From contig JBOZIK010000001.1 of assembly GCA_051453625.1 (NCBI GenBank), positions 35,426,018 to 35,490,017 of the forward strand: a stretch of DNA of 64,000 nt, written 5' to 3'. A model generated the notes under the pieces. That model was not told the DNA's origin and made no database searches. It saw nothing but the letters and a program-made list of their open reading frames with translations. The position numbers and the translations under genes are program-made. Numbering within the stretch: position 1 is the stretch's first letter; each line of letters opens with the position of its first letter. Source of the stretch: Welwitschia mirabilis. Lineage: Eukaryota. This document shows, one piece after another, positions 55,201 through 64,000 of the stretch.

Positions 55201-58200
55201 CTAAGCAAAAAACTAAAGACAAAAAATCATTAAAAAAGATTAAATAGAAAGCTAAAGATAAAATCAAAGTCAAAATCATAAGAATTAAAAAGGAAACACT
55301 AAGCAAATAAATTTTATTCAAATTCTAAAATTTATTCAACATTTTTATTAAAAAGAAAGCAAAAGCAAAAGGTTTGTTTTGTATTATTTTCAAAGAAATA
55401 AGGCCCAAATCAAATGTTCATCAATTGATAAAACATAAAAGGTATGTAATCATTTTTAAGTAAAATCAATTGGAAAAAGAGAGAATTAAAAGATAAAATT
55501 TTGATAATGCAAATTTTAGAATTCAAATAAGAGATAAAGAGGTGATAGGTATCATTAACAAATAATATCTTATGGAAACTTTATAAATCCTAAGTATCAT
55601 TATAAAAAGCATGTGAGAAGGGTCTCAAAGAAAGTTTCCAAGATGATTTTGAAGGTTCTTTAAAATGTTTTCTATCATTTGATTCAAGACATGGATTTCT
55701 AGTAAGTAAACAAGGATTTTTATGATGACATGACATTTTTCCCCATAAGAATTAGTAGAACTATAAGAGATAAAAATTTCATACAACTTATTGAAAAACA
55801 ATCTCTTATCAAACTCATGATATAAAGGATTTGAAACATAAATTACATCCAGAGCTTGATATTGAACCTTGAAGGTATTATTTGAGATCTAAGAATTTGT
55901 AAGAAACTTCTTAGAGTGAGTGATTAAAATAGGTTTTACATACCTAAGAAGCTCTTTAACATTTAATTATAAATATTGATTTGAATTAAGAAGATATGAC
56001 TTACTCCAATTTAGAGTTCTAAGATATTCCAAGCCTTGTTTTTGAAAAGAATAATCTTTGAAAGCACAAGGTAGAGTTGGCTTTGCAAAAGAGGAAAAGA
56101 TGTTACTTTTTGTAGCACATAAAGTTTTTAAAAGAAAAGATGATGTGTCTCATTACTTTTAATAACAAGGATGTGATTTGAAGAGTTACTTGATTGAATG
56201 TTTTCTTTATTGATCATATCTTCCTCTTCTTTGTTATCATTATCATTAATTGTATCTTACTCTTTCTTTTTGTTTTGTTAAGCATTATTTTTATTTTCTA
56301 AGTTTGTGGCTTCCTCAAAAAGATCATTAAAAAGACTATAGAAATAAAGCTCTCATTCTCTTCATTATCTGATAAAATATTTTCTAAGATTTCTTGATTT
56401 GACTCCTCTTCTTCTCTAAGTAATTCTGTTAACTCTAAACTATAATCCTCATTTCTAGTGTTTGAGTTGCTATTATTGAGTTGATTCTTTTTCATTAATT
56501 TTGTCTTAAGATTTATCTCTATTAATCTCATAAGTTGAACTTCATTAAATGTATAACTTCTTTATTCTTATAAAGTATGTGAAAACAAGAGATATGATCT
56601 AATATTTTAATGTCATCATCTTCTTCTTCATCATCATTTTCATCATCTTGTTGCATGTTATTATTCTCATTAGAAGGAGAAATGCAATCATTATGTTTAT
56701 TATAGATTAAGAAATTTTCAGATTTTTTATGAATGTATTCTTCATCTAGTAAATGGGTTTCAGGGATATAATCTAATACCTTAATATCATCATCTAATGA
56801 AAGGTCATTCTCATTTTTATTATTTAAAGATAGAGTTAAATTGTTGTTATCTCCCCTTTGCTCATCTTATAGATTTTCTCATAGTGTTTATTCAAGATTT
56901 GAATTAAATTTTCCATGTTTTTATTGGTTTTTTCTTAATTCTTTGTTACTTTGTTAATTAATTCTTTCATTGCATTATTTTCTTCCTTATAGTAGTTTAT
57001 GGGAGATGGATGGAATGGATAAAAGTAATTGTACTAGGTTGAATCCATAATATTTTCATTGTTAGTCCTATATGGAATTTGAAAAGAAGAGATTTAATAA
57101 TAAGATGGCTAAATTCCTACTCTCAACATCATTTTGTGTTGTTATCCCTCTTGTTACAAGAATTTCTCAAATTGTTTTCTTACTATTATTCTTAGAAGTT
57201 TTTAAGCTTCTCCTCCTTATCTTAAAAATTCTTTGAAGTATCCTTGTATTACTATCCATAATTAAGAAGAATTGGAAAAAGAGAGTCTAATTTCAAAATG
57301 AAGATAAGTGCATTATAATGGTCGAGTTTTACTTTCTTTAATTTTTTAACAAAAAAAAGAGCTTGAAAGAGATATTGTATGCACCTAGAGATTGCGTTCT
57401 TGAATTTATTTTGAAGTTAAGTAATCCTTCTTTGATACTTTCTTCTATCAGTAGCCCGTTTTCTTTGATATTTCATTTTCTAGACCGACCATGTCATAGT
57501 ATCATGTAATTAGAAAAAATAAAAAAACAAATCAAAAAAAACATATTCTCATCATATCTGTTGTGGGGATAATAGAGGGAATGATGAACACAAAGACTAG
57601 AAAATAGAAACTTAATAGAGCAGAATATCAAAAGCTAGAATAACACATAAGCTATCATCCTCTTGGTTGTCTAGAAGATAAAGGAGATGATAAAGATCGA
57701 TTATTACTATGCTAAAATAAAAATCAAACTTTAAAAATAAAAATTAAAAATGAAAACTGAATTCATGAATTATCATCTTGATTATTGTGAAGACGATAGA
57801 AGGGATGATGGTTATTTTACTACAGAAAATCAAAACTAAAAAAAATATAAATAAAAAATAAAACCTATAGTTTTTAATTAAAACATAACACTTCTATGGA
57901 TAAATACTCGAATGAAAATCCAATGTACTCACCTAAATGATGACAATTCTTATTCTCCTCAACAGCCTTCCTTGGCAACAGCACTAATTTGTTGTAGTGC
58001 ATATTTTGCATGCATAAACTAGTATGAGTGGAAGTAAACCAAATGTCATATCTTATTAAAAACTTACAAGAGAAGAATAAGGATTGATTTTCATCAAATT
58101 AAATTAACTGAACTTAAAGAAAAATGGATAAAATAAAGATGTAATGCAAATACATATGTAACTAAATCTAAATGCAATGCAAAATGAAGCTTGCAGTCTT

Positions 58201-58914
58201 AACAAAGGTTGTCCCTTAAGATCTATATAACCAGTGAAATTGTTACCAGATTAAGGGCAACATAAACTATAAGGGACATTTAATAAAATAATATGATGAA
58301 ATGAAAATAGAGTTTTATATTAAAAATGAACTAACATCTGGGTTACAAAATAACTGGGCCTTAATGGAGGATGCACAACCCTCCACCAAGGAAATGTATT
58401 TCTGCAACTTTTGAGATGGATCTCCCATCTTTTGATCTTCTATAACAAGAATTTCTGTTGCATTGAAGATAGAAAGAAGAATCTAAGGGGGTCTTATTTA
58501 NNNNNNNNNNGAAAATGACAACAAAAGGTGCTCTAAAATGCACTTCATTAGAAAAAAAAGGATGAAACGGTTAAGACCGGCTGTCAAGTTTGGTTATAGT
58601 GGTCGTTCTATCTGTCATCTAGATAGTAATGGGGATGATAGCTCATTATAAAAGATAACTCAGCAGATGACTCAATAGTCCACATCAGCATCAAATTTAA
58701 TCATCATCCTACCCGTCGTGGGGACGACATAGGGAATGATGGTCTTCTTTGTTCATCTCAGTAAGGAGAAGTTAGCATTTCTATTAGTAATCTTCCTCCA
58801 AAGCTTTGTGTATCAAAATGTGCTTTAAATGCTTCAGAATTACACCTAAACCTATGTAAATGTCCTATAAAACAGCTCATAAAACCCCATCAAATAACTG
58901 CAAATTGGTCATCA
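52220..58914 (-). mobile_element. Full-length non-autonomous Athila-family LTR element (no pol) nested in the CACTA
   Basis: LTRs 52220-53211 and 57990-58914. PBS remnant 57969-57986 (reverse complement TAGTGCTGTTGCCAAGGA) and PPT at ~53212-53228. TSD ACCTT (49091-49095 in the duplicate contig and 58915-58919; ACCTC at 52215). 54050-54720 matches the reverse complement of ~9720-10370. Confidence 0.88.
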
Positions 58915-60299
58915 ACCTTCTATACTAACCACTATTCAAGCCCTTTTGCCATTATTAGTAAAACTAAAACTTAATTTTTGTTACCTTCATGTTAGCTTAA
59001 CTTTAATTATTAAGATTCTTAAATTGTTAGCTTACTTAAACTGGCCTTTATGAATGTTTTGAGTTATATGCAAGGATTAAAGACACTTTACTTTCTTGTG
59101 TCATACATTTATCTCTGTTGTTTAGTAATAGAGATTTTGCATCTTTTTCTCATGGACATCTCCCTTTGCACAGCAGGATTTTGCCAAAAAAATCTCTATG
59201 CCTATATTCCTTTCTATTCTTCTTTTCTATTTTACATGTATTGTTTTTTTCTTCTTTGCATTGTTTTACTCATAAAAACATCATATAACTAGGAATGCCA
59301 TCTCAACCGACCATAGTAGTAGCATAAAGAATGGAGTTTTATGTATGACAAAATTCAAATGAAATATGTAGCTTCATCTATGCTTTCAAATTTTAGAATT
59401 TAAGTAGTAAAGATATCATTCCAGCTATGAGCACTGGAGTCTCCGAGTGATCACATGAATGTGTTTTCATGTTGTTCTCTCTAATTGATAATATTCTAAA
59501 ATTTCATTTTTTGACCACATTTGATGTAAAAATATTTATTTATAAGTTTTTATCTTATTTAAGGAATTTTGAATTTCAAAAGATTATCAAGTGCAAGGAT
59601 GGTAAAAGAAGAGACTACTAAGAAATACAAAAGCTATATTTCCCTAACACGTCTTGGTCATGTTCAGAAAACATGCCCATCATAGCCAGAAAAGCACCGA
59701 GGTCCATGTTACTAAAGTGATTATAAAAACAACTAATAATAGGATATTTGCTTTGGTATTAACTATAGAGAGGCTATGTTTTAGCCTAAGATATGGCAAG
59801 GAAGAGGAATAATAAAAGTAAAGCATAACATAAATGATCTATTACCATCTTCCATGGAGATTTCTTCCATTGAGAATTTAAGTTATCTAGGCATTAAAAA
59901 CTAGAATGATAGACTTGAAAATATCGCTTCCATGCAGGTCATTACCAAGGATGAATCAATGCTAATGTAAAATAATTTATCAACCAAAATGTTCACATAA
60001 AATACATCATAGTCAGTAATAAAGTTTTATACAATAAGTTGCTAGTTTAGTACTTGATTCCTATGATGAAAAACATTCAGACTGTAATCAAGAACACCAA
60101 TTTGTAGAGATCTATAAAGGTTTCCACTTCTACTCCACTGAAGCAGTAGAATAATAAGAAAGATTTCTCTAGATCTAATCAGAATTATAGAAAAATGAAG
60201 ATGGACAAATGTGTAAGAAAATCAATAAAGTTCATGCTAGCATACCAGTCATATCTTAATACCAAAGGATGTTTGTGATCTAAAATTGTCAATGCTATT

Positions 60300-60960
60300 T
60301 TTAGATGAATTGAATCAAATTCATCACTTGTGAACAAGGTATGTCTACAATTATTTCTAGTGTTTTAAATATATCATTTTAAGATATTTAAACATGCTTA
60401 TCATTGAATTTCATTTTAATACATAATAGTATGGAATAAAATAGGATAAATAACAAATTTTGTGTAGTGAGAACATTAGAAACCTGGACAAAGGATAATT
60501 CCTTAGCTCTCCTCTTTACTTTAGGTGTTTGTTACTCTATTTCTATTACAAGCTACTTTGTTGAGCTGGGAGGGAAATGGCATCAAACTGAATACTCCAT
60601 GCTTTGCAGGGTAGCTGAGGCCGCCTAAACATAACGTTATGTTGTCATATAGGCCTGTTCTTTCCCCTACATACACATCACCATATGGGAGCGGCATGGA
60701 TATAGCTACTGCACTATGATTCATGGGGAAGTGCCACTGAAAGCCACAGTTCAGTATGCAGGAAGGCCAAAGATTAGAGCATTCCGTCATAAAGCTTGTT
60801 CCTTAATATCTTTTGCTCATAAGACCTTCCAAAATAGGGCCTTTCACTTGTTAGTAGCTCTTTCACTACCTCCGCTTCTTTGAGATCTGCCTCTGTGTGT
60901 GCTTATGATTTGCAAAAATCTTCTTGGAAGTATGATTCGTTGGTGCATTGACAAAAACCT
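60300..60960. other. GC-richer exon-like fragments near the CACTA right end
   Basis: Composition shift with retained CpG and splice-like boundaries on both strands. A protein-like minus frame reads EADLKEAEVVKELLTSERPYFGRSYEQKILRNKLYDGML. Identity unknown. Confidence 0.35.
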
Positions 60961-61693
60961 AAAAAAACTAGCATAAGAGACTTAGTTCCCATAAGACTCA
61001 TACAAAGTTTTTGAATGAAAATCAGAAATCATGTAGAAAATAGTAGAGTAGATGATCTATGGGCGGAAAAGAAATTAACATAGTAAGAGGGCTCGAGGGC
61101 TTAACCAAGAAGATGGCAAGAGAGCAAGGCAGCAATACCCTTTTGTCTTTTGACAAAAATGTTTTACCTCATTTTTTTGGTATCTTTTTTTAATTAGTTT
61201 TTAAGGCATTTGTTTCTTAAATGCCTTAACAAACCAAAATCCCTACTTATTTTTAAGGTGCTTTTTCATAAATGCCTTAAAAACTTTTTCATAAATGCCT
61301 TAGGAACAATTGGAAAGAATTTTAAGGCGTTTATTGAAAAAACGTTTTATTTTTTTTTAAGGCATTTATTTAAATAAATGCCTTAAAAATTCCTATACCT
61401 ACGGCATTTATTAGAATAAACGCCTTAAAAGCCCAAAATTCTTTCAGTGAGAGAATTTGTCTATTGCATCATTGATCTTCATCCAAAGCGATGAGCATTA
61501 AAACGTGCCTGAAATGCCTCTAAATATGCTAAGAATTGTGTATTTCAAAAATCATCGATCAACTTTCCATAATTCGCAGAGTTGCATATAAAACTATACA
61601 AATGTCCTGCAAAATAGCTCATAACACCCCATCAAATACATACAATTTGGTAGCACATCAAGTATTATATGGGATTTTGTTGGGATTGCTAAC

Positions 61694-63800
61694 ACACTCC
61701 TCTCAAAAGCACTAATTGCATCCTATGGGGCTACATTCATGTTTACTATCATAAAGATTATGTGGGATTGGGTCGAGGCAAATCCACACAACCTTTTATT
61801 CTTGTGGGGATGGTCATTACCATTAAATCTATTTCCAAGGCTAAAATTGGACTTTCTTCTTTAATCCCTTATTTTAGTTCCTCATTATAAGACATTATAC
61901 CCACTCTATGAAAAATTTCCACGCTATACTCAGTTTGTTATCATAAAAATCAAGGATCTTATATTAGATATTTTCTACCAATAGATATTAGAATTAGAAA
62001 TAGCTATTAGATAAAGTTAACAAATCGCTTTCTAGTCATCATAATAAAGTGATAACAACCCTTTTTAGGATTTCATTAAATGTAGCCTACTCTAATTTAA
62101 AAAATAAACAAAGTCCAATAAAAAAATTACCACAACAATGAGATTTGCAGCATCTCCTATTCCTAATCATCCTACTATAGATCACAACATTTCATTTGTT
62201 CAAATAGCTTATGCAAGTAGTAAAGACATCCCAATGAAAGACCCAACCTTGACTATTGTTCCAAAAAAAAAAAAAATGCTCTCACTCTCTTGAAAGTAGA
62301 TGTCAAACTTCCCTCCCTTCATTTTCTTTTACAAAGAAGGCTAGTTTTAATTAGTTTACTACTCTTTCTAAGGCTTCCAAACATATCACAAGTGATTTTC
62401 TATCTTCTAAAACAAGAGCTAATGAAAAATCCATGGATGAATCTATCATCATTTCCCTCCCATGATTAAGTTTACTTCTTGGAATGTTAGGGGTCTTTCA
62501 AACTCCTCCAAAAAATATGCTATTAAGTGCTTATTTTTTTATCATGGTAGTTTCCGAGATATCTTAGTCTTGTAAGAGATTAAAATAACTTATTCAAAAA
62601 TGTAATTTTCTTCTTAATCAATCTCCTCTCATTATATTTTTTTTTTATGACTAATCACATAGATGGTAAGGGTGGAGCATCCCTCCTTTTACATAATCAC
62701 TTTCTTTCTATCATTATTGATCATGGGGAAGCTCTTAGCCATCATGTAGTCTTGGTTCACTTGTAAATTCAACATAATTTAATAAGAATATGTAACATCT
62801 ATTCCCCTACAACTTCTACTAAAAGGATAATCCTTTGGGATGGCTCACCTCTCATCTTCCTTACGTTAGTTAGATTCTCTCTAGTGATTTCAACTTTCTT
62901 CAAAATTCCTATGATAAACTAGATAGGCCTCTTATTCAAAGGCATACCTAAGAGCTTAGATGTTAGCTTTATCTAAAAATTAAATGGAATCTTTTTTATT
63001 CCATTCCTTAGCCCTTTAGAAATCCTTATCACTTCTTCACTTGAAAAGGCGTCAGATCCCAAAGGAGGTTTACTTTTAAACATGTAGACAGAATCTACCT
63101 TTGTTCTTGTAACTCTTCAAAATAACCAAGTTTTCTTTTACTGAATAAATCTCTTTATCTAATCAACTTCCTCTCTTCTTCTTAATAAGCTCTGATAGCC
63201 CTTACTTAAATTCAAAGCAAATCAATCATTTCATCATAAACACTTCTTAGATTTACTCTAAAAAAGAAAACCAACTTTTTTCTTCTACTTGCAACATGTT
63301 TAATCCTTTAGATGAGTCTTCTTTAAAGGAGAAATGCATCAAGTGGGAAAGAAGTTGTATCAGACTTGCAGATTGTGCTAGAATATTTGGAAAACTACTT
63401 GATAAAGAGAGAAGAAGTTGGAAAGTTCATCTTGAAAAATCTTTAAATAAGAAGCAAAAATCCATCATCCAATAATCCCATAGAGTTGATTTAAATACAT
63501 ATCTTAGCATTATTCACCAAGACCTTTAATGCATCATCATGTTAAAATATAGATAGGACCTATTAAAAACTAAAGCCGTTTTAGCTTCATCATGGTGATT
63601 GTCGTAGTAAAGAGTTATTCTCTTTTTTAGAGCATCAGCTCTCTTCTTTGCACTATGGTGCCTTCTATTTATGTTAATGGGAAATCTATTTCTAAAGATT
63701 CTTAACATTCTTCTTAACCACTTAAAAAATATTTTTGGATTCGAGTTTAATCTCAACTCTAATGCTTGATATATTTTGTAAGATTCAATTCCTCCCATGC
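61694..63800 (-). pseudogene. Decayed Ty1/Copia gag-protease-integrase relic
   Basis: Minus-strand gag-like NNAKIC..NSM (~63500), pre-integrase SHP (~62840), NHGRE-like (~62460) and PKKGCYHF..TRK SH3-like (~62050) motifs. PPT-like CACTCCTCTCAAA at 61696 sits next to ...GCTAACA. Confidence 0.5.
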
Positions 63801-64000
63801 GTTCTACTTAAGATAAGCAGATGCTTGACAGACCACTTTTCATTAAGGATCTCAAAAAAGTTTGCTTTTCTTTTTGTAATAGTAAGTTTCCTAAAATTAA
63901 TGGTTTTTGAGTAGAACTCTATAAGAATAGTTGGGACATAATGGGAAGTAGACTTGTCAAAGTGGTTAAAGAAGGATTTAGAATAAGTTATTTTGGAAAA

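Larger units (their letters stand above)
41367..61449. mobile_element. Non-autonomous CACTA (En/Spm) DNA transposon (left end duplicated at 44376)
   Basis: Left TIR TACTACAAGAAA (CACTACAAGAAA with C>T), right TIR ATTCTTTCAGTG. 3-bp TSD AGA (41364-41366 and 61450-61452). AAATGCCTTAAAA subterminal repeats in both orientations at 41380-41620 and 61200-61430. Confidence 0.88.
40324..61660 (-). mobile_element. Athila-family solo LTR split by the CACTA insertion (left part 40324-41366, duplicate 43334-44375; right part 61450-61660)
   Basis: The two parts join into one LTR homologous to 57990-58914, with TGTTGTGG...CACATCA termini. Flanks AGGAT/AGTAT form a 5-bp TSD with one mismatch. No PBS or PPT. 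Confidence 0.8.

Noticed and set aside
1..64000. Fungal genome with RIP
   Set aside because: Athila PBS and domains, CACTACAAGAAA termini and a plant-type LRR indicate a plant.

Overview
This is very AT-rich plant heterochromatic DNA from a gapped assembly (100-N and short N gaps). I found no intact protein-coding gene, RNA gene or CRISPR array. The window is a nest of decayed transposons. (1) A near-complete Athila-lineage Ty3/Gypsy element (1-19277) has a tRNA-Asp PBS, gag-PR-RT-RH-INT, an extra env-like ORF relic and a 3' LTR. (2) Several Copia-type and Gypsy relics follow between 19.3 and 39 kb. (3) A four-level nest occupies 40-64 kb: a Copia relic contains an Athila-type solo LTR, which contains a non-autonomous CACTA element (3-bp TSD AGA), which contains a pol-less Athila-family LTR element (TSD ACCTT). 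The CACTA carries a chain of six short exons that splice in frame plus an LRR gene fragment, so it looks Pack-CACTA-like. At most 100-N gaps the downstream contig repeats the upstream one, so roughly 14 kb is probably redundant. All coding relics are broken by C>T/G>A stop codons. Identities quoted are estimates by eye, not computed.
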